Source: an uncultured Spirochaetota bacterium (lineage in GTDB: Bacteria; Spirochaetota; Brevinematia; Brevinematales; JAOACQ01). From it: DNA of 64,000 nt. The notes under the pieces were generated by a model, which worked only from the letters and a program-made list of their open reading frames with translations, was not told the DNA's origin and made no database searches. Numbering within the stretch: position 1 is the stretch's first letter; every line of letters starts with the position of its first letter. The stretch lies in contig CAVYGN010000001.1 in assembly GCA_963768055.1 (NCBI GenBank), forward strand, positions 896,001-960,000, written 5' to 3'. The position numbers were made by a program, and so were the translations under genes. This document shows, in pieces, positions 10,506 to 20,940 of the stretch.

Positions 10506-10600
10506 TAACTTACTCCTTCATAAAATGTGAAACAAGTCTGTTTTTCGGTTTTATTTTAAGGGAGATACCGTATATTTTCAATTAACTATAGTTGAAATAA

Positions 10601-10629
10601 TTGATATTATCGCACCGGTTTTTTATAAT
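10601..10629 (+). promoter_or_regulatory. sigma70-type promoter for metK
   Basis: TTGATA-17-TATAAT. Confidence 0.65.
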
Positions 10630-10656
10630 AGTATTCATTTTTAAAGGAGCGATAAC

Positions 10657-11823
10657 ATGGTGAAAAGGTATCTCTTTACATCCGAATCCGTTAGCGAGGG
10701 GCATCCTGATAAACTGGCCGACCAGGTATCGGATGGAGTTCTCGATGCCTGCCTTGCGCAGGATCCGTATTCAAGGGTTGCATGCGAAACTTTTACGACT
10801 ACCGGGATGGTCCTGGTAGGGGGGGAGATTACCACCAAGGCCCAGCTTGATTTTCAGCAGATAGCCAGGGATACCGCTAAGAAAATCGGTTATGATAATC
10901 CCGAATACGGGCTCGACTGTCATTCAATGGCGGTACTGAGCACTGTACATTCACAATCCCCTGACATATCGCAGGGGGTTTCGGGTTCGGGGCTTGATGA
11001 ATTCAAAGGGCAGCAGGGGGCCGGGGACCAGGGGATGATGTTCGGCTTCGCTTGCAAAGAAACTCCGGAGCTGATGCCCGCTCCGATCATGTACGCTCAC
11101 AAGATCCTGAAATATGCGTCGGAGCTTCGCAAAAGCGGCAAAATCAAATGGCTGAGACCCGATTCGAAAAGCCAGGTAACAATTGAATACGAGGGTAACA
11201 CCCCGGTAAGAATAGATACCGTCGTCGTCAGCCATCAGCATGACGATTCTATTGCCTATGAAGATTTGAAAAGCGAGATAATCGCTCAGATTATAAAGCC
11301 TATGCTTGAATCTACCGGCTTATTGGACTCGAAGACGAAATATTATGTCAATCCCACCGGCCGTTTCGTTATCGGGGGGCCTCATGGGGATTCAGGGCTT
11401 ACAGGCAGAAAGATCATTGTCGATACTTACGGGGGAATGGGCGGGCATGGCGGCGGGGCGTTCAGCGGTAAAGACCCGTCCAAGGTCGACCGAAGCGCCG
11501 CTTACATGGCGCGATATGTCGCGAAGAACATAGTCGCTGCAGGCCTCTGCGAGAGGTGCGAACTTCAGGTTGCATATGCCATCGGGGTTCCTTACCCGGT
11601 TTCAGTCATGGTCCAGACCTTCGGCTCCTCGAAAGTTGAAGAAAGCGTTATTGAAAAAGCAGTGCAGAAAGTCTTTGACCTTTCGCCATCAGGTATAATA
11701 AAAACCCTTGATCTTAGAAAACCGATTTACCAGGAGACTGCGTCATACGGACATTTCGGGCGAGACGGTTTTTCATGGGAAAAGACAGATAAAGTAAAAG
11801 ACTTGCTTAAAGAAATTAGTTAA
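10657..11823 (+). CDS. metK: S-adenosylmethionine synthetase
   Basis: [35 protein letters not shown]. Confidence 0.98.
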   Translation: MVKRYLFTSESVSEGHPDKLADQVSDGVLDACLAQDPYSRVACETFTTTGMVLVGGEITTKAQLDFQQIARDTAKKIGYDNPEYGLDCHSMAVLSTVHSQSPDISQGVSGSGLDEFKGQQGAGDQGMMFGFACKETPELMPAPIMYAHKILKYASELRKSGKIKWLRPDSKSQVTIEYEGNTPVRIDTVVVSHQHDDSIAYEDLKSEIIAQIIKPMLESTGLLDSKTKYYVNPTGRFVIGGPHGDSGLTGRKIIVDTYGGMGGHGGGAFSGKDPSKVDRSAAYMARYVAKNIVAAGLCERCELQVAYAIGVPYPVSVMVQTFGSSKVEESVIEKAVQKVFDLSPSGIIKTLDLRKPIYQETASYGHFGRDGFSWEKTDKVKDLLKEIS

Positions 11824-11837
11824 GCAAGGGCATTGAT

Positions 11838-13175
11838 ATGAATATCGGCATTGTAGGGACCGGTTACGTAGGCATAGTCAGCGGCTGTTGTTTTGCGGAT
11901 GAAGGCAACACAGTGACCTGCTACGATGTCGATATAGAAAAGATCAATTCATATTCCTTGGGAAAATCTTCCATTTTTGAACCGGGTCTGGAAGAGCTCC
12001 TTAAAAAAAACATCGATGAAAAAAGATTGTCTTTCACTAACGATATCAAACAGCTTGTCAATTCTTCGGAAATTATTTTTATATGCGTCGGCACGCCTCC
12101 GATGGACGACGGATCAGCCGACCTTTCACAGGTCGAATCCGCTGTAAGGACCATTGCTGAAAATACGCCGCCAAATTCTTACAAGATCATAGTTGAAAAA
12201 AGCACAGTGCCGGTCGGTACTCACAGACAACTTAAGACTATTACAAAGCTCTACAGCAAGGGGAAATCCAGTTTTGATTTTGTCGTCAATTCGGAGTTTT
12301 TGAGAGAAGGAAACGCTATTTCGGATTTTATGAATCCCGACAGGATCGTCATCGGTGTTGAAACCGATCGCGCCAGGGATACAATGCTCAAACTTTACGA
12401 CTGCTTCAAAACCAAGAAGCTTGTCGTAGACCCGGCAAGTGCCGAGATAATTAAATACGCTTCGAATTCTTTTCTGGCGATGAAAATATCTTATATTAAC
12501 ATGGTGGCCGATCTCTGTGAAAAAACCGGCGGGGATGTCGAAAAGATCGCGGAAGGCCTTGGTTTTGACGGAAGGATAGGCAGGCCTTTCCTTGACGCCG
12601 GGATAGGTTACGGCGGAAGTTGTTTTCCAAAGGATGTAAAAGCCTTCAGCAGGGTAATGGAAGAAAACCTTGTCGACAATTCACTGATTAAGTCCATCGA
12701 TAAATTCAATTCTTTAAGATATAAAAAGATCATATCGATACTCCAGGACGAGTTATGGATCCTGAAGAATAAAGGCATAGCCGTATGGGGCCTTGCTTTC
12801 AAGCCCGAGACCGACGATATCAGGGAAGCTCCTTCAATTAATATTATGAGGGAACTTCTGAGCATGCAGGTTAAAGTTTCTCTATACGATCCCAAAGCCG
12901 TTGAAAATTTCAAGAAGATTTTTCCGGAGTCTCAGAACGTAAGGTATGCGGAAACTCCGTTAAAAGCGCTTGAGAATTGCGAAGCACTTGTCATTTTGAC
13001 CGAATGGGACGAATTTAAAAAAATTGAGCCATGCGATATATATTCGTCATTAAAACTGCCGATCGTCGTGGACGGCAGGAACATTTTCAAGCCTGAAAAG
13101 ATGAAAGAGCTTGAATTCAGATATTTTCCGATCGGCAAGGGCTGGATTTTGAGGGAGATGAGGAATTCAAAATAG
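11838..13175 (+). CDS. ugd: UDP-glucose/GDP-mannose 6-dehydrogenase
   Basis: GTGYVG, EKSTVPVGT, EFLREG, GYGGSCFPKD, GLAFKPETDDIRE. Confidence 0.92.
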   Translation: MNIGIVGTGYVGIVSGCCFADEGNTVTCYDVDIEKINSYSLGKSSIFEPGLEELLKKNIDEKRLSFTNDIKQLVNSSEIIFICVGTPPMDDGSADLSQVESAVRTIAENTPPNSYKIIVEKSTVPVGTHRQLKTITKLYSKGKSSFDFVVNSEFLREGNAISDFMNPDRIVIGVETDRARDTMLKLYDCFKTKKLVVDPASAEIIKYASNSFLAMKISYINMVADLCEKTGGDVEKIAEGLGFDGRIGRPFLDAGIGYGGSCFPKDVKAFSRVMEENLVDNSLIKSIDKFNSLRYKKIISILQDELWILKNKGIAVWGLAFKPETDDIREAPSINIMRELLSMQVKVSLYDPKAVENFKKIFPESQNVRYAETPLKALENCEALVILTEWDEFKKIEPCDIYSSLKLPIVVDGRNIFKPEKMKELEFRYFPIGKGWILREMRNSK

Positions 13176-13200
13176 AAGTGGAACACTAACCATTTAATAC

Positions 13201-13509
13201 CTAAGGTTCTTTAGGAGTATCGGGCCCCTTTTTAACGTTCTCGTCTATTTCCTTCATTTCAATAACGGATGCCTTTATCCTCCTGCTCCCATGTTCGTCG
13301 TACTTGGAATTGATCTTACCTTTTTCAGGGGAACCGCTCCTGATATTATGATAGATCATAGTGACGCCCGAAATTACGGCGGCAATTATTACGAGGGCCA
13401 GGAGTATGGGGAAAAGCCCTGCGATAAGGGACAAAAACGCAAGCCCGATCAATATATAAATGATAGTCGTAAATAATGTTTCCAGGGGATTATCCTGATG
13501 CATCGCCAC
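13201..13509 (-). CDS. hypothetical membrane protein
   Basis: Two hydrophobic helices plus charged tail; GAGG RBS; downstream of aat. Confidence 0.65.
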   Translation of the reverse strand: MAMHQDNPLETLFTTIIYILIGLAFLSLIAGLFPILLALVIIAAVISGVTMIYHNIRSGSPEKGKINSKYDEHGSRRIKASVIEMKEIDENVKKGPDTPKEP

Positions 13510-13522
13510 CTCTTTTAACTAA

Positions 13523-14242
13523 TTATAATTTCATGGGATCATTATTGCCAGTTTTTTGTCCCGGCAGGGATTCCCAGTTTCCGGCGAGGGTTTCATATTC
13601 CAGGCAATTTTTCAGGTGCCGCAGATAATCTTTTCTCGGTATAAGGCGCGCCCCAAGCATCGCCAGGTGCGGAGTATACACCTGGGAATCTATCATTTTG
13701 AAGCCCATCTCTCTTAAAAGCAGCGCCAGATATATCAAAGCGGCTTTCGATGCATTGCTCTCCCGCGTAAACATGGATTCCCCGAAAAAACATCTTCCCA
13801 GAGACACGCCGTACAGGCCGCCTGAAAGCCTGTCCCCGGACCAGGCCTCTACAGAGTGGGCATAACCCAATCTGTTCATTTCAAGATAAGCCTCAATCAT
13901 TTCCGGGACAAGCCAGGTGGAGCTCTCATTTTTTCTGGGCAGGCTGCATGAGGTTATTACCTCTTCAAAGGATGTATCGAAAGTGAAATGATAAATTTTT
14001 TTGTTATAAACGCGGTGCATGCTTCGCGGAATGACAAGCTCTTCTGTAAATAGAACGAAACGGGGGTCGGGAGACCACCATAGGATAGGGCTTTCCGGCA
14101 TGTACCAGGGAAAAATCCCGGATCTATAAGCTAACAAAAGCCTTTCTGGCGAAAGGTCCCCTCCTATTGCAAGGATACCCTCTCGTGTAGTCATTTCCAC
14201 AGGGGGAAATATCAGGTCATCTGTCAATTCAAATACAGGCAA
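13523..14242 (-). CDS. aat: leucyl/phenylalanyl-tRNA--protein transferase
   Basis: GGDLSPERLLLAY..GIFPW, WWSPDPR, GGLYGV, FFGESMF, NASK. Confidence 0.96.
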   Translation of the reverse strand: MPVFELTDDLIFPPVEMTTREGILAIGGDLSPERLLLAYRSGIFPWYMPESPILWWSPDPRFVLFTEELVIPRSMHRVYNKKIYHFTFDTSFEEVITSCSLPRKNESSTWLVPEMIEAYLEMNRLGYAHSVEAWSGDRLSGGLYGVSLGRCFFGESMFTRESNASKAALIYLALLLREMGFKMIDSQVYTPHLAMLGARLIPRKDYLRHLKNCLEYETLAGNWESLPGQKTGNNDPMKL

Positions 14243-14263
14243 GTGAGCCGATCTCCTTCTAAA

Positions 14264-14398
14264 GGGCAGTTTTAATAAATCAGGAATATTACCCTTTAAT
14301 TACAATTTAATATTTAACTCCATTTTTTTGCCCTATGGGCCCTGGTGCCTGGCCCCAGGACAGGTGCGCTTCCTATCCGAAGGTAATTAGAAGCGCCC
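14264..14398. mobile_element. MITE-like repeat, copy 2
   Basis: GGGCAGTTTTAATAA...TAATTAGAAGCGCCC termini, internal GCCCTATGGGC and CCTATCCG; TAAA on both flanks. Confidence 0.6.
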
Positions 14399-14455
14399 TA
14401 AATTGATTATTCGAGGCCTTTATTATATCATTAATTTCATGAAAAGGAGAAATCA

Positions 14456-15133
14456 ATGGGTTACAGGGAAGATTTTATTTTATTTATGGTACGTTCAGGC
14501 GTTTTGACTTTCGGAGATTTTATTACAAAGAGCGGCAGAAAAACCCCTTTTTTTATCAATACAGGTAATTATAAATCAGGATCGGATATAGCAAAACTTG
14601 GAGAATTTTACGCCGATACTATCAATGAAAAGATCGGGGATGATTTTGATATTCTTTACGGACCTGCATACAAGGGGATCCCTCTCTCGGTATCGGCTTC
14701 GATCGCTTTATATCAAAAATACGGTTTTAATAAATGCTTTTCTTTTAACCGGAAAGAGCAGAAAGACCATGGCGAAGGCGGCCTGATCATCGGAAGCAAA
14801 CCCGCAGACGGGGACAGGATCGTTATCATTGAGGATGTCGTGACTGCAGGAACATCGGTTCGCGAAAGCATTAACCTTTTAAAGTCGATTTCTGACATCG
14901 AAATCAAGGCGGTAGTTGTATCTGTCGACCGTATGGAAAAGGGTCTTTATGACAAATCGGCGCTCCAGGAGGTCAGGGAGGAATTTCATACGGGCGTTTA
15001 TTCCATAGTTAATTTAAGGGAAATTGTCGATTATCTTTATGAACGCACCATTGACGGAAAGATAGTGCTTAACGCGGAAATAATGGAGAAAATTAATTCC
15101 TATACCCGGGAATACGGAATCACTCGCATCTGA
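14456..15133 (+). CDS. pyrE: orotate phosphoribosyltransferase
   Basis: KSGRKTPFF, GPAYKGIP, RKEQKDHGEGG, IIEDVVTAGTS. Confidence 0.96.
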   Translation: MGYREDFILFMVRSGVLTFGDFITKSGRKTPFFINTGNYKSGSDIAKLGEFYADTINEKIGDDFDILYGPAYKGIPLSVSASIALYQKYGFNKCFSFNRKEQKDHGEGGLIIGSKPADGDRIVIIEDVVTAGTSVRESINLLKSISDIEIKAVVVSVDRMEKGLYDKSALQEVREEFHTGVYSIVNLREIVDYLYERTIDGKIVLNAEIMEKINSYTREYGITRI

Positions 15134-16313
15134 TGACATGCAACCTGTTTTTGCCCTGTGATTTCGCATAGTAAAGGGCTTTATCGGCAAGGGAAAGTAT
15201 CTGTCTGCTGTTCCTGCAGGCCGCTTTAATATCGAGGACCGCTATACCGCAGTTCCCCCTGATAAGAGCTTCCGGAGCCGTGGCGAGTTTTATAGCCTGT
15301 ATCCTCTGCAGAAGACGGCTTGCCGTGCTTATGGCCTGTTCTTCGGAGCAATGGGGCAGGATCACCGCAAACTCGTCTCCGCCGTAACGGCCGGCGATAT
15401 CAAACTTCCTGATTTCGCCAATGTTATCTTTATCATCATATGATTGGCCGGGGATGTAAGGGGAACCTTTTAATAATTCCGCCGTTTTTTGCAAAGCCTC
15501 GTCGCCTGTTTCATGACCGTACATATCGTTCAGTTCTTTGAAATTATCAATATCGATGATAAGGATGCTTAGCGGAAACGAATGCCTGCGGGAGGCTTCG
15601 AAAATCTCCTGAAGACGCTGTTGAAGGGAGAACAAAGTGTATAATTTTGTCAGGCCGTCTCTCTCAGGGAGTTCGGGAACAGGGGGTTTATGCTTTTCCA
15701 GAGAGATCTTTTTGAATTCAGAAAGCATTGATATCAATTGTTTCGACCTTTGCTCCATCTCGTTTTCCATATTTTTTATCAGGTTCCTTGCCCTTTCATT
15801 CATATTCCATTTCAGGATAAGTATTGCGGTTAACTGCCTTATTTCAATATGGTTAAATGGTTTTTTCACAAAACGGAGATGTTCGGCAGGCCCGATTCTA
15901 TTTAACATTTCCTCCCAGGAACGATCGGACAGGGCGGTGCATATTATTATTTCTATGAATGGATTTATTCTCCAGATCCTTTCAATGGCCTCTATCCCGT
16001 TTATTCCAGGAGGCATTCTGAGATCCATGAATATCAAGGCATATTGACGGTTTTTGGAAGCGGCTTTCTGGACCATTACCACTGCCTCCTCTCCCTGGTA
16101 AGCATCGTCAATTTTATATTCGATTATGATCTTATCCGAGGGGTCGCATTGTTTAAAATTCATGCCGAAAAGCGTGCTTTCGTATGACGACAGTTCCGCG
16201 TCAATAGAAGCGGGTTCCCCCGTGATAATACTTTTTATTTCTTCATGAATGAGTTCGTTGTCATCAACGATAAGGATGCGGTTGTTATTTATCCCGTCCG
16301 GTGTAAAATCCAT
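15120..16313 (-). CDS. response regulator receiver-GGDEF diguanylate cyclase
   Basis: REC motifs LIVDD, FMDLRMP, VKKP; DGLTKL, DIDNFK, RKFD I-site, intact RYGGDEF, ADKALY. Confidence 0.92.
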   Translation of the reverse strand: MDFTPDGINNNRILIVDDNELIHEEIKSIITGEPASIDAELSSYESTLFGMNFKQCDPSDKIIIEYKIDDAYQGEEAVVMVQKAASKNRQYALIFMDLRMPPGINGIEAIERIWRINPFIEIIICTALSDRSWEEMLNRIGPAEHLRFVKKPFNHIEIRQLTAILILKWNMNERARNLIKNMENEMEQRSKQLISMLSEFKKISLEKHKPPVPELPERDGLTKLYTLFSLQQRLQEIFEASRRHSFPLSILIIDIDNFKELNDMYGHETGDEALQKTAELLKGSPYIPGQSYDDKDNIGEIRKFDIAGRYGGDEFAVILPHCSEEQAISTASRLLQRIQAIKLATAPEALIRGNCGIAVLDIKAACRNSRQILSLADKALYYAKSQGKNRLHVIRCE

Positions 16314-16320
16314 AGATACC

Positions 16321-18588
16321 TCAATTCAGATGCTGTTGGCTGCCTATCAACACGCTTTCCTTTAATAAATCCATGGCGCTGAGGTTCTCTCCGAGAACCT
16401 CCTGTATCCTGTCGATGGCTTCCCGGATGTTATTCTCGCTTTCCATCTGGGCTTTCAGGAGATCCTCGGTTTCCAGAAAAGATTCCTTGAGCCCTGACAA
16501 TATCTTTTTAAGCGATTCGTTCTCCTTTCGCTCATCGTCGGACATACTCTTTATCGAAAGGGTTTCCTGGAGAAGCGCGCCCGATCCCTTGAGTATATCC
16601 CCGAATTCCGCTTTATGCTCGTTCATCTGTTCGGTTATCTTTTTTATCATATCGGCGGAATTCTGGGATTTATCCATGATCGCGAGCAGCGAGCTTGTCA
16701 CCTCCTCCGAGAGAGAGATGCTTTCATTTACAAAGGCTATCATCTGCTTTAAACGGTCCTGGCTCATTTCAAGCCTTTCCCTGGATTTGTTGGAGAGCTC
16801 CCTGATCTCGTTTGCTAAAATGCTGAAACCCTTCCCGGATTCTCCGGCATGGGCCGATTCTATAGAGGCGTTGATCGATAGAAAATTGCTTTCTTCAACG
16901 ATTTCACGAATATTAAACAATATCTCGCTTATAAACTGAGAGTTAAGGGAGACCTCTTTAATGGATTCCTTCGATTTCAAGACAATATCCCTGCCGCTTG
17001 AGGCGATTTGAGAGAGTTCCTGAGCTATAGTGTTAGTCTGTTCTGTGGTTTGAAGTATTTTTGAAATATGATCGTTCATGCTTGATACGGTCCGGTTGGT
17101 TTCTTCGACAACGGCCGTCTGGTTTGAGATTGCCTGGGGGATTTTTTCGACCGTGAGCTCCATCCTTGAGGTTATCTGGGAAATGACATTATCTATGCCT
17201 TTTAATTCCTTTATGAGCCTGTCGGATATCAACTTGTTGTCTTTGCTTGAATTCCTGATGACGGTAGCTGCTTTGCCGATGTTGTCCTCCAGACTTTTGC
17301 TTGAATGGACGAGGTTTTGAGAGACAAGCTCTATCTTCTGGATTATTTTGTTCATTGCGGTATTTTTATTGTCTATTTCCCTCAGCCTTTTCTTCAATCC
17401 TGTGTAGATAGTTGATTCCTCGATCGCAAGGACCAGAAATAAGGAGATAGTCATTATCAGGAAACTATATGGGATAAGCCTGAAAAAGGATTTGATGCCT
17501 TCCCTGGCATACATTATATCGTGGATACTGCCGGTAAATATAAAAATATAACCCGGAATAATTATCAGGAGGCTTTTTTTATGTGTTTTGTAAAATGCAA
17601 TAATAGGCAGGACAAAACCGAAGACCAGTATCGGGGTTATGCCGAATGTCGTGCCTATTGAATCGAAAAAAATGTCTAAGGAATAAGTGGTTTTCAGGGT
17701 AAGGATATAAATAGATGTTAAAAGCGGGGGGAGGGTCATAAGTATCAATACCCAGAATTTTTTTGCTATTCCTGTAAATTCGCGCAAGAACAGCGTCATA
17801 AATAGTGCTGCAAAAGGGAAAGAAAAACGGGATATCTTTTCCATAAAAAACTCGTCAGATAAGTTGCTGTGGAACATTATATTAAAATAACTGAAACTGA
17901 AAGAGAAGCAGAACATGGCAAAATATAAATAGTGAATATCTGTAAAGTCCCTTGCGGCAAATAAAAAAATAAAATAAAGGCCTATGACTATGGCGATCAC
18001 GAAAAAGGACTGGATCAGCTGTACGTTGAAAAAATTACTGAAAAATACCATGCGGGAAACAGCCAGGTCGGATGATATCAGGATGGGGTTGAGAGGAGCT
18101 GTTTCCGTCATCGGATATGCCTGGATAACTAACTCATTCGGGGTCTCACCAAAATTAATGGAATCGGGAAAAAGCTGTATAGAAACTGTATTGTAAGAGG
18201 CGAACCGGAAAATCCTGCCGTCGTTTCCTCTGCTTAACACCCTGTTGCCGTTGATATAAACGTTATATGGATAGCTGCAAGGCCCAAGATAAAGAGACAG
18301 AAGAACATTGGAAAGTGCGGGATCGATGGTAAAATCCTCCCTGAATGTATACATCCGTCTCACATTCTTGATAGTGACAGGGAGCGGGCCGGAATTATAT
18401 TGTATAAAATCAGGGTCTGTTATTTTTGCATTAATATGATCGCCCGGGTTGAATGCGCTTTCAAGGAGGTACATGTTTGTCATATAGAGAATATCGTTCC
18501 TTGTTTTAATTGAATAATCAGCGAATCCGCCCATATGAAAATTAAATAAATAAAAAAAGACAACTAATGAAAGTGAAATCTTAATCAT
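16321..18588 (-). CDS. 7TM-DISM-like sensor with methyl-accepting chemotaxis domain (receptor 1)
   Basis: Signal helix, beta-rich extracellular domain (VYINGNRV, NELVIQ), about 7 TM, MCP tip NFLSINASIESAHAGESGKGFSILANEIRELS. Confidence 0.85.
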   Translation of the reverse strand: MIKISLSLVVFFYLFNFHMGGFADYSIKTRNDILYMTNMYLLESAFNPGDHINAKITDPDFIQYNSGPLPVTIKNVRRMYTFREDFTIDPALSNVLLSLYLGPCSYPYNVYINGNRVLSRGNDGRIFRFASYNTVSIQLFPDSINFGETPNELVIQAYPMTETAPLNPILISSDLAVSRMVFFSNFFNVQLIQSFFVIAIVIGLYFIFLFAARDFTDIHYLYFAMFCFSFSFSYFNIMFHSNLSDEFFMEKISRFSFPFAALFMTLFLREFTGIAKKFWVLILMTLPPLLTSIYILTLKTTYSLDIFFDSIGTTFGITPILVFGFVLPIIAFYKTHKKSLLIIIPGYIFIFTGSIHDIMYAREGIKSFFRLIPYSFLIMTISLFLVLAIEESTIYTGLKKRLREIDNKNTAMNKIIQKIELVSQNLVHSSKSLEDNIGKAATVIRNSSKDNKLISDRLIKELKGIDNVISQITSRMELTVEKIPQAISNQTAVVEETNRTVSSMNDHISKILQTTEQTNTIAQELSQIASSGRDIVLKSKESIKEVSLNSQFISEILFNIREIVEESNFLSINASIESAHAGESGKGFSILANEIRELSNKSRERLEMSQDRLKQMIAFVNESISLSEEVTSSLLAIMDKSQNSADMIKKITEQMNEHKAEFGDILKGSGALLQETLSIKSMSDDERKENESLKKILSGLKESFLETEDLLKAQMESENNIREAIDRIQEVLGENLSAMDLLKESVLIGSQQHLN
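16351..17430. repeat. 1,080-bp direct repeat, copy A
   Basis: Appears identical to 18648-19727 (offset 2297); encoded protein and the antisense ORFs in the track are identical. Confidence 0.92.
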
Positions 18589-18620
18589 TCAGATCCTCCG
18601 CTGCAGCCGCACCTGTTGTC

Positions 18621-20897
18621 CTATAAGGTACTTTGATTTGCTATAAGCACGCTTTCCTTTAATAAATCCATGGCGCTGAGGTTCTCTCCGAGAACCTCCT
18701 GTATCCTGTCGATGGCTTCCCGGATGTTATTCTCGCTTTCCATCTGGGCTTTCAGGAGATCCTCGGTTTCCAGAAAAGATTCCTTGAGCCCTGACAATAT
18801 CTTTTTAAGCGATTCGTTCTCCTTTCGCTCATCGTCGGACATACTCTTTATCGAAAGGGTTTCCTGGAGAAGCGCGCCCGATCCCTTGAGTATATCCCCG
18901 AATTCCGCTTTATGCTCGTTCATCTGTTCGGTTATCTTTTTTATCATATCGGCGGAATTCTGGGATTTATCCATGATCGCGAGCAGCGAGCTTGTCACCT
19001 CCTCCGAGAGAGAGATGCTTTCATTTACAAAGGCTATCATCTGCTTTAAACGGTCCTGGCTCATTTCAAGCCTTTCCCTGGATTTGTTGGAGAGCTCCCT
19101 GATCTCGTTTGCTAAAATGCTGAAACCCTTCCCGGATTCTCCGGCATGGGCCGATTCTATAGAGGCGTTGATCGATAGAAAATTGCTTTCTTCAACGATT
19201 TCACGAATATTAAACAATATCTCGCTTATAAACTGAGAGTTAAGGGAGACCTCTTTAATGGATTCCTTCGATTTCAAGACAATATCCCTGCCGCTTGAGG
19301 CGATTTGAGAGAGTTCCTGAGCTATAGTGTTAGTCTGTTCTGTGGTTTGAAGTATTTTTGAAATATGATCGTTCATGCTTGATACGGTCCGGTTGGTTTC
19401 TTCGACAACGGCCGTCTGGTTTGAGATTGCCTGGGGGATTTTTTCGACCGTGAGCTCCATCCTTGAGGTTATCTGGGAAATGACATTATCTATGCCTTTT
19501 AATTCCTTTATGAGCCTGTCGGATATCAACTTGTTGTCTTTGCTTGAATTCCTGATGACGGTAGCTGCTTTGCCGATGTTGTCCTCCAGACTTTTGCTTG
19601 AATGGACGAGGTTTTGAGAGACAAGCTCTATCTTCTGGATTATTTTGTTCATTGCGGTATTTTTATTGTCTATTTCCCTCAGCCTTTTCTTCAATCCTGT
19701 GTAGATAGTTGATTCCTCGATCGCAAGTATTACAAAAATACTTATGACAAGAATAAGATACCCATAAGGGACAAACCAGCAAAAAGGGTTTTTATGGATT
19801 ATAATGTAAGAGATATCATGCGCGCTTGCAGCGATAACAATAATGTAAGAAAACATTATTATCATATAGATATGTTTATGCGTTCTGATATACGAAATAA
19901 TAAGAATGGCGAAACTTAGAAAAAGGTAAGGAGCTATGATATATATCATCGCTATATTATTAAAAAAATCATCTACCCCGAATATGGTTTTCTGTAATAA
20001 TATATAAATGGATGCGAATACCGGGGGTATCGTTAACAAAATCAATACCCACAGTTTTTTCCATATCAGGGTAAATTCACGGACAAATAGCGTAAGAAAT
20101 AACAACGCCATCGGGAAAGAGAACCGGGAGACCTTTTCAAGTCTGAACTCGTCTGTAATATTAAAACTGAATGAGATATTATAATAGCTGAAGCTGAAAA
20201 AAAAACATAACAAAGCGAAATACAAGTAATGCAGATCTTTGTAACCTCTTGCAGTAAAATGAAATAGAAAGTAGAGGCCGATAAGTAATCCGATCACAAA
20301 CGAGGCCTGTACAAGATGAACGGTGAAAAGGTTTCTAAAAAAAGCCATTTGCGTCACGTTGAGATCCGAAGAAATCAGCGGCACTTCAAGGGGCGCCGTT
20401 ACTTTAATGGGGTAAGCCTGGATTGCCAGCTCGTTAGGGGCCGGTCCGTATTTGAGAAGGCCTCCGGAAAGCTGGACAACTAAGGTATCGTAAGAGGAGG
20501 CCTGATATTTCTTTTCATAGCTTCCCCTGCTTAAAACAAAAGTTCCGTTTATATATACCTTGTATGGATAGCTGGAAGGCCCAAGATAAAGCGATAGAAG
20601 TATATTGGAGAGGGCCGGATCAATTGTAAAATCCTCCCTGAATGTATACATCGGTCTCACATTCTTGATAGTGACAGGGAGCGGGCCGGAATTATAAGGA
20701 ATAAGATCCGGGTCGGTAATATTGTCATTAATATAATCGCCCGGGCTGTAAACGCTTTCAAGGAGGAACATGTTTGTCAGAAGCATGATATCGTTCCTTG
20801 TTTTGATGGAATAATCCGCAAATCCAGCCGAATAAAAGATAGATAACACGAAAAAGGAAACGGTTGAAACTAAAATTAAAATGCCTTTTCTTTTCAT
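18621..20897 (-). CDS. 7TM-DISM-like sensor with methyl-accepting chemotaxis domain (receptor 2)
   Basis: Paralog of receptor 1; start placed at MKRKGILIL (ATG 20897). Confidence 0.85.
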   Translation of the reverse strand: MKRKGILILVSTVSFFVLSIFYSAGFADYSIKTRNDIMLLTNMFLLESVYSPGDYINDNITDPDLIPYNSGPLPVTIKNVRPMYTFREDFTIDPALSNILLSLYLGPSSYPYKVYINGTFVLSRGSYEKKYQASSYDTLVVQLSGGLLKYGPAPNELAIQAYPIKVTAPLEVPLISSDLNVTQMAFFRNLFTVHLVQASFVIGLLIGLYFLFHFTARGYKDLHYLYFALLCFFFSFSYYNISFSFNITDEFRLEKVSRFSFPMALLFLTLFVREFTLIWKKLWVLILLTIPPVFASIYILLQKTIFGVDDFFNNIAMIYIIAPYLFLSFAILIISYIRTHKHIYMIIMFSYIIVIAASAHDISYIIIHKNPFCWFVPYGYLILVISIFVILAIEESTIYTGLKKRLREIDNKNTAMNKIIQKIELVSQNLVHSSKSLEDNIGKAATVIRNSSKDNKLISDRLIKELKGIDNVISQITSRMELTVEKIPQAISNQTAVVEETNRTVSSMNDHISKILQTTEQTNTIAQELSQIASSGRDIVLKSKESIKEVSLNSQFISEILFNIREIVEESNFLSINASIESAHAGESGKGFSILANEIRELSNKSRERLEMSQDRLKQMIAFVNESISLSEEVTSSLLAIMDKSQNSADMIKKITEQMNEHKAEFGDILKGSGALLQETLSIKSMSDDERKENESLKKILSGLKESFLETEDLLKAQMESENNIREAIDRIQEVLGENLSAMDLLKESVLIANQSTL
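18648..19727. repeat. 1,080-bp direct repeat, copy B
   Basis: Appears identical to 16351-17430. Confidence 0.92.
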
Positions 20898-20940
20898 TCT
20901 TATCCCCGCGGCTATTTCCCGTAAAGCCGCCCGCACCGGT

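Noticed and set aside
10506..10656. SAM riboswitch upstream of metK
   Set aside because: The predicted promoter leaves only a ~20-nt leader and no S-box motifs are visible
16373..19617. Identical 188-aa and 80-aa plus-strand ORF pairs
   Set aside because: Antisense shadows of the duplicated receptor segment; useful only as evidence of DNA identity
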